Assembly (NCBI GenBank): GCA_945861645.1
Contig: CAMAVZ010000004.1
Coordinates: 1-64,000 of the forward strand
Origin: Opitutus sp. GAS368
Lineage (GTDB): Bacteria; Verrucomicrobiota; Verrucomicrobiia; Opitutales; Opitutaceae
DNA length: 64,000 nt
Direction: 5' to 3'
Shown piece after piece: positions 11,470 through 20,342 of the stretch. The notes under the pieces were generated by a model. The model was not told the DNA's origin. It worked only from the letters and a program-made list of their open reading frames with translations, and did not search any database. A program made the translations under genes and the position numbers. Every line of letters starts with the position of its first letter. Position 1 is the first letter of the stretch.

Positions 11470-12855
11470 TCACCGCGCCAGCTGCTCGACGATTTCCTCG
11501 AGGGGATAGGTAATGATCTCGGCGAGAGTTGGATGATACCACGGGGCACGGAGCATGGCGTGGACCGTTGCGCGCATAGCTAGCGGGGTGGAAAAGCAGT
11601 GGATCAGTTCGCCCGCATCTTTACCGACGATCTCCGCCCCGAGGATTCGGCCGCGCTTGGGCTCGGCCAGTACCTTCACATAGCCATAATTTGCCTCCAT
11701 GAGGATGGATTTACCGTGGTCGTTGAAGGGGTAGGTGGCGCTGAGATATTTCACTTTACGCTTTTTCAGATCGCGCTCCAGCACGCCAATGGTGGCCAAC
11801 TGGGGATCAGTAAAGACGACGCTGAGGAGGAGAGAGAAATCAACGGGCTGGAGGCCTTTAACTCGAGCGGCGTGGCGCGCGGCTAATTCAGCCTGGGCGA
11901 TGGCAATATGTACAATTTCCGCCGGCCCTGAGCAATCGCCGGCCGCGTAAATATGTGCGGCAGTGCTCTGCTGCCAGCGATTGATGATGACTTGGCCACT
12001 GGGGAGCGTTTTGACGCCGGCTGCAGCGAGGCCCAGGCCGGCCGTGTTGGGTTCACGACCGAGGGCGTTAAAGCAATGATCAGCGCGGCGCGTGATTTTT
12101 TTGCCCGCTTGGAGAAAAGTGACCGTGAAGCCGCGTTTATCTTGGCGAATGTGCTGCAATTGCGTGTTCGTGAATAGTCGGATGCCTTCAGCCACTAAAG
12201 CTTGCGCGACCACCTGAGCCGACTCCGCTGAGCAGTCGCGTAGAATATGGGGACTCCGTTGGATCATGGTGACCTGACTGCCGATACGGCGCAAAAATTG
12301 GGCCAGCTCGCAGGCCACGATCCCGCCCCCCAGCACCAAGACGCTCTTCGGCACGAAATCGAGCTCGAGTACCTCGTCGCTACTCCAGCAATTGACGTCG
12401 GCTAATCCGGCAATCGCGGGCACACTCACTTTCGAGCCGGTGCCGAGCAGAAATTTTTTCCCGCGAAGCTGACGGCCGTCGGCTAATTGCAAAGTGTGGG
12501 AGTCGATAAAAGTCGCCGTCGTTTGATAGAGGTCATACCGGCCTGATTTTAGGGCCTGCTGGCGATAATGAGCAAATTCCCCGATGATTTTAATTTTCCG
12601 CGCGTGCACTGCTTTCATGTCGGCGCTCGCTCCGGTAATTTTAAGGCCGAAGCGTTTGGCGTGCTGGGCCTGGTGGAGTACTTCCGCGGCGTAAATGAGA
12701 GTTTTAGAGGGCATGCAGCCCCGCAAAATGCAGAGCCCGCCAAGTTGTGGGGCGCCATCAATGATGGCCACCTTCAGGCCGAGCCCAGTCGCTACGCGGG
12801 CGGCATTAAAGCCGGCACTGCCGCCACCAATGCAGATAAAGTCGTATGTTTTCAA
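11470..12855 (-). CDS. Pyridine nucleotide-disulfide oxidoreductase (dihydrolipoamide dehydrogenase/MerA-like family)
   Basis: GGGSAG, redox CILRGC, GGGIVA, C-terminal HPTLAE; TTG start; no C-terminal Cys-Cys. Confidence 0.88.
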   Translation of the reverse strand: MKTYDFICIGGGSAGFNAARVATGLGLKVAIIDGAPQLGGLCILRGCMPSKTLIYAAEVLHQAQHAKRFGLKITGASADMKAVHARKIKIIGEFAHYRQQALKSGRYDLYQTTATFIDSHTLQLADGRQLRGKKFLLGTGSKVSVPAIAGLADVNCWSSDEVLELDFVPKSVLVLGGGIVACELAQFLRRIGSQVTMIQRSPHILRDCSAESAQVVAQALVAEGIRLFTNTQLQHIRQDKRGFTVTFLQAGKKITRRADHCFNALGREPNTAGLGLAAAGVKTLPSGQVIINRWQQSTAAHIYAAGDCSGPAEIVHIAIAQAELAARHAARVKGLQPVDFSLLLSVVFTDPQLATIGVLERDLKKRKVKYLSATYPFNDHGKSILMEANYGYVKVLAEPKRGRILGAEIVGKDAGELIHCFSTPLAMRATVHAMLRAPWYHPTLAEIITYPLEEIVEQLAR

Positions 12856-13158
12856 GGAGAGGAACCCGGCGCCGCGAGAGTCGCGGCGCCACGTTTCACC
12901 AACATACTGATTCTGGGTTGCCGCGCAATCCGGAGATTTATCCCCGTAACGGCCTTGGTTTCATAATCTAGATCGAATCCGTGCTTAGCCGTGGTGACAT
13001 CGGTTGGTGGGATGGAGGAGTTTAGTTTTAAGCCAATTGCGGCCCTTGAGAATTTGCGAAGGAGCAACGCTCGCTCGAGGAAGAGGGCTTATCGATGCAG
13101 TTAATTCGCATTATCGAATTAGGTTGGGTTGCTTTGATCCGGTCGCATTTTGGCGCTC

Positions 13159-14061
13159 ATGCATCTCGCCGGAAAGCGACTGGTTATCTTCGGTTGCGGT
13201 TATGTGGGGTCAGCGGTGGCTCGAACCGCGCTCGCGGCGGGAGCGCAGGTTGCAGCCGTCACGCGCAACGCCGAGAAAGCGGCCGCCTTGCGAGCGGAGG
13301 GTTTAGCCTCGGTCGTGGTAGCCGAATTGGCTTCGTCTGACTGGCATCGTCAGATCACGCCTGGGGCCGATTTTGTGGTCAACTGCGTGAGCGCCAGTGC
13401 GCCGGGCATCGCGGGCTATCGGCAATCTTATGTCGCCGGCCAAGCGTCCATCCTCGCTTGGGCGCAGACAGGGCGAGTCCCCGTGGGTACGTTGATTTAT
13501 ACCAGCAGCACTTCCGTTTATCCTCAAGGTGGTGGCGCCGTTGTGGATGAAACAGCTACCACCGTCGGAGCATCGCCGACTGGGGCTATTATCAGAGAGT
13601 CAGAAATTATTTTGGAGCAGGCCTCCGCCTTAGCCTGTCGCCGCTGGTTTATACTTCGTCTGGCAGGAATTTATGGTCCGGGTCGGCATCACTTGCTCGA
13701 CCAACTGCAAGCCGGCGCGACCGTGTTCAGCGGGTCGGGGGTGTCGTCTTTGAATTTGATTCACCGAGATGATATCGTGTCAGCGATCATGGCGGGCCTG
13801 GAGGCGCCGGCCGTTTTTGGTAATGAAATTTTTAATGTGACAGATAACCATCCTGCTCGCCGAGCTGAGGTGGGGGCGTGGTTAGCCACGCAGCTGGGCC
13901 GGGCCGCGCCCATATTTGATGGCACTTTGCAGACACTGCGGGGAGGCGGGCTGACGCCTGATCGTCAAATCAGTAGCCAAAAAATCCAGCAGAGGCTCGG
14001 TTGGCAGCCGCAATTTCCTGACTATCGGGCTGGCTATCGCGCCATTCTCGGTCGCCCTTGA
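13159..14061 (+). CDS. NAD-dependent epimerase/dehydratase family (atypical SDR, YeeZ-like)
   Basis: GCGYVG, YTSSTSVY, LRLAGIYGPGR, NLIHRDD. Confidence 0.85.
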   Translation: MHLAGKRLVIFGCGYVGSAVARTALAAGAQVAAVTRNAEKAAALRAEGLASVVVAELASSDWHRQITPGADFVVNCVSASAPGIAGYRQSYVAGQASILAWAQTGRVPVGTLIYTSSTSVYPQGGGAVVDETATTVGASPTGAIIRESEIILEQASALACRRWFILRLAGIYGPGRHHLLDQLQAGATVFSGSGVSSLNLIHRDDIVSAIMAGLEAPAVFGNEIFNVTDNHPARRAEVGAWLATQLGRAAPIFDGTLQTLRGGGLTPDRQISSQKIQQRLGWQPQFPDYRAGYRAILGRP

Positions 14062-14183
14062 GGCAAATTTTGCTCCGGGCCGCAGGGGACGGAAGGCGGG
14101 GCTAATTTTTTTAGGAAATTTTGCGTGATTAGTGTCTATTAGTCTTCATTAGTTGGCCTCACTTAATTCAACCCCCTCACACT

Positions 14184-14492
14184 ATGGCCGGCGTAGGCAC
14201 TCTCCTCAAACAAGCTCAGAAAATGCAAAAGCAGATCGAGTCGATGCAAGCATCGCTCGAAGCGCAGATCATCGATGTTTCCAGCGGTGGGGGCGCCGTG
14301 CAGATTAAGATTAACGGAGCCGGCAAATTTCAAGCGTTCACGTTGGACGCCGACTTCCTCCAGGAGGATAAGAAATTTATTGAGGAAACTATTTTGCAGG
14401 CGGTGCAGGAAGCCGCGCTGAAGTCCAAGGCCCGCCATGAGGCCGAGATGCAGAAAATTTCTACCGGTTTTCAGCTGCCGGGGGTGCTTTGA
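14184..14492 (+). CDS. ybaB: YbaB/EbfC nucleoid-associated protein
   Basis: LKQAQKMQ, SGGGAV; directly upstream of recR. Confidence 0.92.
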   Translation: MAGVGTLLKQAQKMQKQIESMQASLEAQIIDVSSGGGAVQIKINGAGKFQAFTLDADFLQEDKKFIEETILQAVQEAALKSKARHEAEMQKISTGFQLPGVL

Positions 14493-14571
14493 TTTTAACT
14501 GAACGATTTTTGAGCCAAATGTTTGGCGTCGCTCCACTCGCTGATATCTCTCTGGAAGTTTTAAGCACCCC

Positions 14572-15165
14572 ATGACCCCCGCGCTCGAGATTTTGCAGAA
14601 GCAATTAAAGCAGTTGCCTGGCATCGGTTTTCGTTCGGCCGAGCGCATTGCCTTACACTTGTTGGTGGAAAAGCCGGCCCGTTTACCGGAGTTGGTGGCC
14701 GCGCTCGAAGTTGCGGCCAAAAATGTCCGCCGTTGCACGCTCTGCGGTAATCTCTCCGAAGAAGAGTTATGTCCCATCTGCGCCCACGACCAACGCCGTA
14801 ACGGTCAGGTGTGTGTGGTGGAATATGTGCAGGATCTCGCCGCGATTGAGCGTTCGGGGGCTTATCGGGGGCGCTATCACGTCTTGCACGGCAAACTCTC
14901 GCCGCTGCGCGGCGTGGCTCCCGAGGATTTGAATTTTGCGGCTTTATTTGCACGGATCGCCGCGGGGGAGGTGAGCGAAGTTATTTTAGCTTTGTCCAAC
15001 GACGTCGAAGGCGAAGCTACCTGCCATTACCTCTTGGCGCGGCTGCCGGCCGCCGGAGTGAAGGTGACGCGGATTGGGTTCGGGTTGCCGAGTGGGAGTG
15101 GCGTGCTCTACGCCGATGCGGTAACGCTGAAAAGCGCTCTCGATGGGCGGCGTGATTATTCGTGA
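14572..15165 (+). CDS. recR: Recombination mediator RecR
   Basis: LPGIG HhH, C4 Zn finger, Toprim VVE, EGEAT. Confidence 0.96.
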   Translation: MTPALEILQKQLKQLPGIGFRSAERIALHLLVEKPARLPELVAALEVAAKNVRRCTLCGNLSEEELCPICAHDQRRNGQVCVVEYVQDLAAIERSGAYRGRYHVLHGKLSPLRGVAPEDLNFAALFARIAAGEVSEVILALSNDVEGEATCHYLLARLPAAGVKVTRIGFGLPSGSGVLYADAVTLKSALDGRRDYS

Positions 15166-15208
15166 TTGCCGTCAGGCTTTTTTCCGCTTCTGGTCTCGAC
15201 CGCAAGTT

Positions 15209-15282
15209 GCGGGCGTAGTATATCGGTATTATGCGTGCTTCCCAAGCATGAGAGGAGGGTTCGACTCCCTCCGCCCGCACCA
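15209..15282 (+). tRNA. tRNA-Gly (anticodon CCC), encoded CCA
   Basis: Acceptor GCGGGCG/CGCCCGC, anticodon arm CGTGC-TTCCCAA-GCATG, T arm GAGGG-TTCGACT-CCCTC, 3' ACCA. Confidence 0.96.
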
Positions 15283-15302
15283 ATTCCAACCCCAAAATCC
15301 AT

Positions 15303-15518
15303 ATGAAGTTCTCTAAAATCCTGTTAGTTGTCGCGGCACTCTTCGGTGCTAGCTTTGCTTCCGCTGCAGATGCTCCGGTCTCACAAAAAGCTAAGTGTGA
15401 CTTGAAGGCTGAAAAAGCTGGTAAGGTCTGCGATCACGCCTGCTGTGTTGCGGCAGCTAAAGAAGGCAAAAATTGCGAGAAATGCGGCGGCACCAATATC
15501 GCCGCAGCCAAGCACTAA
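15303..15518 (+). CDS. Small secreted Cys-rich protein, function unknown
   Basis: Sec signal peptide (MKFSK, hydrophobic core, ASA/A), 6 Cys + His; own terminator. Confidence 0.85.
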   Translation: MKFSKILLVVAALFGASFASAADAPVSQKAKCDLKAEKAGKVCDHACCVAAAKEGKNCEKCGGTNIAAAKH

Positions 15519-15542
15519 ATTCTGGTAAATTTCCCGCTTGCG

Positions 15543-15573
15543 AGCCGCGACCTCTCGAGGTGGCGGCTTTTTT
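15543..15573 (+). terminator. Rho-independent terminator
   Basis: AGCCGC-g-ACCTC/GAGGT-g-GCGGCT hairpin plus T run. Confidence 0.75.
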
Positions 15574-15656
15574 ATACCCAAAGCCCAAGGCGGCATAACA
15601 TTATCGCCGGTTATTTTAACTGGATCGGCTACGGGCTGTCATTCTTAGCCTAAAGA

Positions 15657-17585
15657 TCAGCGGGGCCCATTCGCGGCAACTGGGATGCGCCGGCAGCGAT
15701 CTTGCACGCGGCGAGCGATATCAGCGGGCGCGAGGTTGTAGGCGGCGCGGAGAATCGCGACATTGCTGCCATGCTCCACAAATTTATCGGGCCACCCGAT
15801 GCGTTCGACGGGGGTCAAGCAATCAGCTTCCTGCAATGCTTCCAGCACGGCGCTACCAAAACCGCCCGCGAGTACATGGTCTTCCATCGTCACAATCAGG
15901 GAAACCGCGGCGGCCTGCTTGAGTAATAACGGGCGGTCGAGTGGTTTGATAAAGCGGGCATTAACCACGCCGACTGACCAGCCCTCCTCGCGCGCGAGTT
16001 GGTCGGCGAGTTGAAGCGCATCGGGAACCATAGAACCGAGGGCCCAGATGATGAGTTGCGTGCCTTCGCGCAATACTTCCGCCTGCCCGATCGTCAGCTG
16101 GGCGGGGGCGGCTTTAATGGTCGCTCCGGGACCGGCGCCACGCGGGTAGCGGATGAAACCCGGTCCGGGCAGGTGCAGCGCGGTGTGCAGCATATCAACA
16201 AATTCATCTTCATCCTTCGGCTGCATGACCGTGGCGTTGGGAATGCAGCGCAAGTAGGCGAGGTCAAACAGCCCGTGGTGGGTGGGGCCGTCATTGGGCG
16301 AGAGCCCGGCCCGATCGAGGCAAAAAGTGACGGGCAGATTTTGCAGGCACACATCGTGAATCACTTGGTCGTAGGCGCGCTGCAGAAAGGTAGAGTAAAT
16401 GGCGCAGACGGGGCGAAAGCCCTTGGTGGCGAGGCCGGCGGCAAAAAGCACGGCGTGTTCTTCCGCAATCCCGACATCAAAAAACTGCGCCGGCACTGCT
16501 TCGGCGAGGCGTGACAATCCTGTGCCGCTCGGCATCGCGCCGGTGATGCCTAATATTTTGGGGTTAGCTTGCGCGAAGCGCGTGAGGGCGGCGCCGAAAA
16601 CATCTTGATAATTCAGTGGCGTGCCGGTCGCCGTTAGGATGCTTTGCCCTGATCCTGGATGGTAGGGAGCCGCGCCGTGAAATTTTTCGGGATGCTCGAG
16701 CGCCGCCTCGAGGCCCTTGCCCTTTTTCGTGAGCACGTGAATAAGAACAGGAACATCGCAGTGTTTGGCGAATTCTAGATTCTTGCGCAACGCGTCCAAA
16801 TCGTGCCCGTCGACCGGCCCGAGATAGCGGAGGCCGAATTTTTCAAACAGCGATGACTCGACGAAAAAGTCCTTCGTTTCGCGTTTCCACTTAGTGTAGA
16901 CGCGATTCATTTTCGCGCCGGCGGGGAAGCTTTTGAAGAAAGCTTCCACGTCGTGGTGCAATTTATTGTAAGTCGGATTGGTGCTGATGACGTTTAGGTA
17001 GCTGGAAATAGCACCGACATTCTTGGCGATGGACCATTCGTTATCATTGAGAATGACGATCAAGCGCTGGGTTGAGCTCACGACATTATTGAGGGCTTCG
17101 AGCGTGATCCCGCAGGTGAAGGCGGCGTCACCGCAGACGGCGACAACGTGTTCGGGCGAACCGCGTAAATCTCGCGCGGTGGCCATCCCGAGAGCAGCCG
17201 AAAGCGCGGTGCCGGCATGGCCAGCGCCGAAGGCATCATGGGGGCTTTCGGCCCGGTAGAGGAAACCGGAGGCGCCGCCACTCTTGCGGAGTTGGTGAAA
17301 AAATTCGCCCTGGCGCCCCGTGAGCAATTTATGCACGTAGCCTTGGTGAGCGACATCGAAGACGAATTGATCGGTCGGCGTATCGAAGACGCGATGGAGT
17401 ACGATGGTGAGCTCAACGACCCCGAGGTTAGGGCCGATGTGGCCGCCATTTTTGGCGGTGACGGCAATCAATTCGGCGCGAATCTCCTGCGCTAGTTGCG
17501 GCAGTTGGTCAGCGCGGAGCGCTTTGACATCAGCCGGTCCGGCGATGTGTGAGAGGAGGGTGGGAACGGTCGGAGAAGTGCTCAT
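15657..17585 (-). CDS. dxs: 1-deoxy-D-xylulose-5-phosphate synthase
   Basis: GGHIGPNLG, HQGYVHK, TPP motif GDAA..N, GIAEEH, YSTFLQR, DRAG, RYPRG. Confidence 0.97.
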   Translation of the reverse strand: MSTSPTVPTLLSHIAGPADVKALRADQLPQLAQEIRAELIAVTAKNGGHIGPNLGVVELTIVLHRVFDTPTDQFVFDVAHQGYVHKLLTGRQGEFFHQLRKSGGASGFLYRAESPHDAFGAGHAGTALSAALGMATARDLRGSPEHVVAVCGDAAFTCGITLEALNNVVSSTQRLIVILNDNEWSIAKNVGAISSYLNVISTNPTYNKLHHDVEAFFKSFPAGAKMNRVYTKWKRETKDFFVESSLFEKFGLRYLGPVDGHDLDALRKNLEFAKHCDVPVLIHVLTKKGKGLEAALEHPEKFHGAAPYHPGSGQSILTATGTPLNYQDVFGAALTRFAQANPKILGITGAMPSGTGLSRLAEAVPAQFFDVGIAEEHAVLFAAGLATKGFRPVCAIYSTFLQRAYDQVIHDVCLQNLPVTFCLDRAGLSPNDGPTHHGLFDLAYLRCIPNATVMQPKDEDEFVDMLHTALHLPGPGFIRYPRGAGPGATIKAAPAQLTIGQAEVLREGTQLIIWALGSMVPDALQLADQLAREEGWSVGVVNARFIKPLDRPLLLKQAAAVSLIVTMEDHVLAGGFGSAVLEALQEADCLTPVERIGWPDKFVEHGSNVAILRAAYNLAPADIARRVQDRCRRIPVAANGPR

Positions 17586-17609
17586 CAGATCAGCGGAGGC
17601 TCGGTGCCC

Positions 17610-17858
17610 TTATTCCGTCGTACTCGCGGTTAGAGATTCGAAGGCCGCTGAGCCATCCTTCTGTTTTTTCAATTTCTCGATTTTTAGCTCGGCATCCTTT
17701 AACCGGCTTTCACACACCTTGAGTAACTTGCTGCCCTCTTCGTACTGGGCCAATAGTTCAGCCAGCGGAACTTCGCCTTGTTCCATCGCATCAACGATGG
17801 CTTCAAGCTTGGTGAGGGCAGTTTCGAAACTAAGTTTAGCAGTTTTATCGGAATCCAC
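17610..17858 (-). CDS. xseB: Exodeoxyribonuclease VII small subunit
   Basis: SFETAL.KLE.IV..ME.G..PL...YEEG; upstream of dxs; GTG start. Confidence 0.92.
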   Translation of the reverse strand: MDSDKTAKLSFETALTKLEAIVDAMEQGEVPLAELLAQYEEGSKLLKVCESRLKDAELKIEKLKKQKDGSAAFESLTASTTE

Positions 17859-17986
17859 GTCGTCAAGATGCGCGGGGTGTGGGTGATTTCAACCAATCTT
17901 TGTGTCGCCAAAATCAGCCGGTGGGGCGGTGTGGGGGTCCGATGCTTAAGGCTGGCGCGGTCTCCCAAAGCTGTTCTCCATCAGGG

Positions 17987-19225
17987 ATGACTTGGTTATT
18001 TTGGTTGGTGGGGGCCCTCATAATTTTACGGCTGAGCGCACAACTCGTGTTGGAGGCGATGAATCGCGCGGAAGCGCAGCGGCACGTCCAGCAGTGTCCC
18101 CCCGCGCTAGCCGCGGTGATGGATGCCGCGACTTATGCTAAATCAGTCGAATACACGCTCGCCAAAAGCCGCTTCAGTGCCGTTGAGACAGTTTATGATA
18201 GCCTGATGCTTGGGCTGATCTTAGGCAGCGGTGCCTTGCCGTGGTTTTGGGAGAAATTTAACGCTCTCGCGCCTGGGGCCGCGTGGAGTGGAGCACTTTT
18301 TCTCATCGGCACGATGCTGCTGCTCGGTCTGCCGGGCTTGCCGTTCGAGTGGTGGTCACAATTTCGGCTCGAGGCGAAATTTGGCTTCAATCAGAGTACG
18401 CTCCGTCTTTGGGTGACGGATCAACTCAAGTCTTGGCTCTTGGGTTTCGCCATCGGGTTTCCGTTGTTGTGGGCCTTGCTCGCCTTGGTCGGTTGGGTGG
18501 GGGCGCATTGGTGGATCTGGGGTTTTGCCCTCTTGTTCAGTTTTCAGCTCCTCATGTTTGTGCTCTACCCGAAGCTGATTATGCCGCTTTTTAATAAGCT
18601 GACGCCCTTACCGGAAGGTGAAGCCCGCACGCGGTTGATGGCTTTGGCTAATCGCACGGGTTTTCTTTGCCAGACGATTGAAGTCATGGATGGCTCCAAG
18701 CGCTCCGCCCATTCCAACGCTTTCTTTACCGGCTTTGGCCGTTTTCGCCGCATTGTATTATTTGATACGTTGATGGCCCAACTCGGGCAGGCGGAGATTG
18801 AGGCCGTGTTGGCGCATGAGATTGGTCACTATAAACGCGGCCATATCCCCAAGCGCTTAGTGACGATGGCGCTGATGCAGTTGGGGGCGTTTGCGGCGAT
18901 CGCTGGGCTCGCCAACGCGGCGTGGTTTAATACGGCTTTCAATCTCCCCGCGGGTGTCCTCGCACCGACCTTTTTGCTTTTCAGTTTACTGAGTGGGTTA
19001 GTGACCTTCTGGTTTTCGCCCATCAGTCACTGGGTCTCGCGTCAGCACGAATATGAGGCGGATGCCTTTGCCAAAGACGCCATGGGCGACGCCGCGCCGC
19101 TCGTTGGGGCACTGCGTAAGATGTCGCAAAAAAATCTTTCTAACCTCACGCCACACCCGCTCTACAGCGCGGTGTATTACTCGCATCCCACTTTGGTGGA
19201 GCGGGAGCGGGCGCTGCAGGAGTGA
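17987..19225 (+). CDS. M48 family (STE24-like) membrane metallopeptidase
   Basis: Multiple TM segments, NAFFTG, HEIGH, EYEAD, SHP..VER. Confidence 0.93.
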   Translation: MTWLFWLVGALIILRLSAQLVLEAMNRAEAQRHVQQCPPALAAVMDAATYAKSVEYTLAKSRFSAVETVYDSLMLGLILGSGALPWFWEKFNALAPGAAWSGALFLIGTMLLLGLPGLPFEWWSQFRLEAKFGFNQSTLRLWVTDQLKSWLLGFAIGFPLLWALLALVGWVGAHWWIWGFALLFSFQLLMFVLYPKLIMPLFNKLTPLPEGEARTRLMALANRTGFLCQTIEVMDGSKRSAHSNAFFTGFGRFRRIVLFDTLMAQLGQAEIEAVLAHEIGHYKRGHIPKRLVTMALMQLGAFAAIAGLANAAWFNTAFNLPAGVLAPTFLLFSLLSGLVTFWFSPISHWVSRQHEYEADAFAKDAMGDAAPLVGALRKMSQKNLSNLTPHPLYSAVYYSHPTLVERERALQE

Positions 19226-19255
19226 AATAATGATGGGGCCAGCAAAAATAAAAAA

Positions 19256-20263
19256 ATGGCCGTGCGCCGCTCATCCTCGATTTTTTGTGACGCCGGCGCT
19301 CAGGTGCTAGTCCCGCGCTCGCTCTGGCGGGGATACTTTGTCGCGCTCAATTTAAGTTGGCTGGGCGCGGGGGTACTGGGGTCAGCCGCACTGACGGTCG
19401 CCACATATAACGTAGAGAATTACTTGATCGCGGACCGTTTAGTGGACGGAGTTTTCCGTTCCGCCTACCCTAAACCGGAAAAAGAAAAGGCGGCATTGCG
19501 TCAGGTAATTGCGGCGCTCGCCCCCGATATTCTCGCGCTTGCTGAAATGGGTGGGGCGCCTTTCTTGGCGGATTTTCAACGCGAACTTAAGCAGGCCGGA
19601 CAACATTATCCTTATACCGCGCTGGTCGCGGCCGCGGATCCTGATCGGCATGTCGCAATCTTATCCAAGGTGCCTTTTAAGGAAGTCCGACGTTATAGCG
19701 CCGTTCCCCTTACTTATTTTAAACAGCCCGCCAAGGTAAAGCGTGGTATGCTTGAGGTGGTAATCGCGACTGAGGCCGGTGATTGCTCGATTTTCCTGGT
19801 GCATTTAAAGAGTCGCTACACGGAGCGTCAGGATGACCCCCAGAGTGCGTTGCTGCGGGCGGCGGAAGCGGAGGCGGTGCGGGATTTGGTCTTGGCGCGC
19901 CACCCTGATCCGGCTGCGGCCAAATTTCTGGTCTGCGGAGATTGGAATGATACTCGCGATAGTCGCCCGGTGCGCGCTTTGCAGAAACGCGGCCGCACCG
20001 TGATCGGCGAATTGCTGCGCGCGAGTGATTCGCGCGGGGAGACCTGGACCCATTATTATCGACGCGAAGATAGCTACAGTCGGATCGACTACATGCTCGT
20101 TTCCCCAGCCCTCCGGCCTTACGTGATCGGTGCTGGAGCGACGATCGGCGATGGCCCTGGGGTAGCTGGCGCGAGCGATCACCGGCCGGTCTTGGTGCAA
20201 CTCAAGCTCGAGCCCGTGCGTAAAGATTCTGTCAGTGGTGCGCCGGGCCAAGGTGGCGGATAA
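19256..20263 (+). CDS. Endonuclease/exonuclease/phosphatase family protein, probably exported (start uncertain)
   Basis: ATYNVEN, LAE, HLKS, GDWND, IDY, SDHRP motifs. Confidence 0.88.
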   Translation: MAVRRSSSIFCDAGAQVLVPRSLWRGYFVALNLSWLGAGVLGSAALTVATYNVENYLIADRLVDGVFRSAYPKPEKEKAALRQVIAALAPDILALAEMGGAPFLADFQRELKQAGQHYPYTALVAAADPDRHVAILSKVPFKEVRRYSAVPLTYFKQPAKVKRGMLEVVIATEAGDCSIFLVHLKSRYTERQDDPQSALLRAAEAEAVRDLVLARHPDPAAAKFLVCGDWNDTRDSRPVRALQKRGRTVIGELLRASDSRGETWTHYYRREDSYSRIDYMLVSPALRPYVIGAGATIGDGPGVAGASDHRPVLVQLKLEPVRKDSVSGAPGQGGG

Positions 20264-20273
20264 ATACGGCGAT

Positions 20274-20302
20274 AAAAAAAGCGCGCCAAGCGAGGCGCGC
20301 TT
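20274..20302 (-). terminator. Rho-independent terminator between convergent genes
   Basis: AAGCGCGCC/GGCGCGCTT stem with T7 on the minus strand. Confidence 0.75.
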
Positions 20303-20342
20303 GAAAAGAAGCCTCGGCGCCAAGCCGAGGTTAAGGCGGGTT

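Noticed and set aside
11470..12855. Mercuric reductase call
   Set aside because: No C-terminal Cys-Cys, no HMA domain, no mer genes nearby.
12852..13067. 71-aa ORF upstream of the flavoprotein as a leader gene
   Set aside because: No motif, non-ATG start, ordinary composition; unsupported, though not excluded.
15209..15600. tRNA-Gly as island integration site
   Set aside because: No integrase, no duplicated tRNA 3' end noticed, and core dxs follows immediately.
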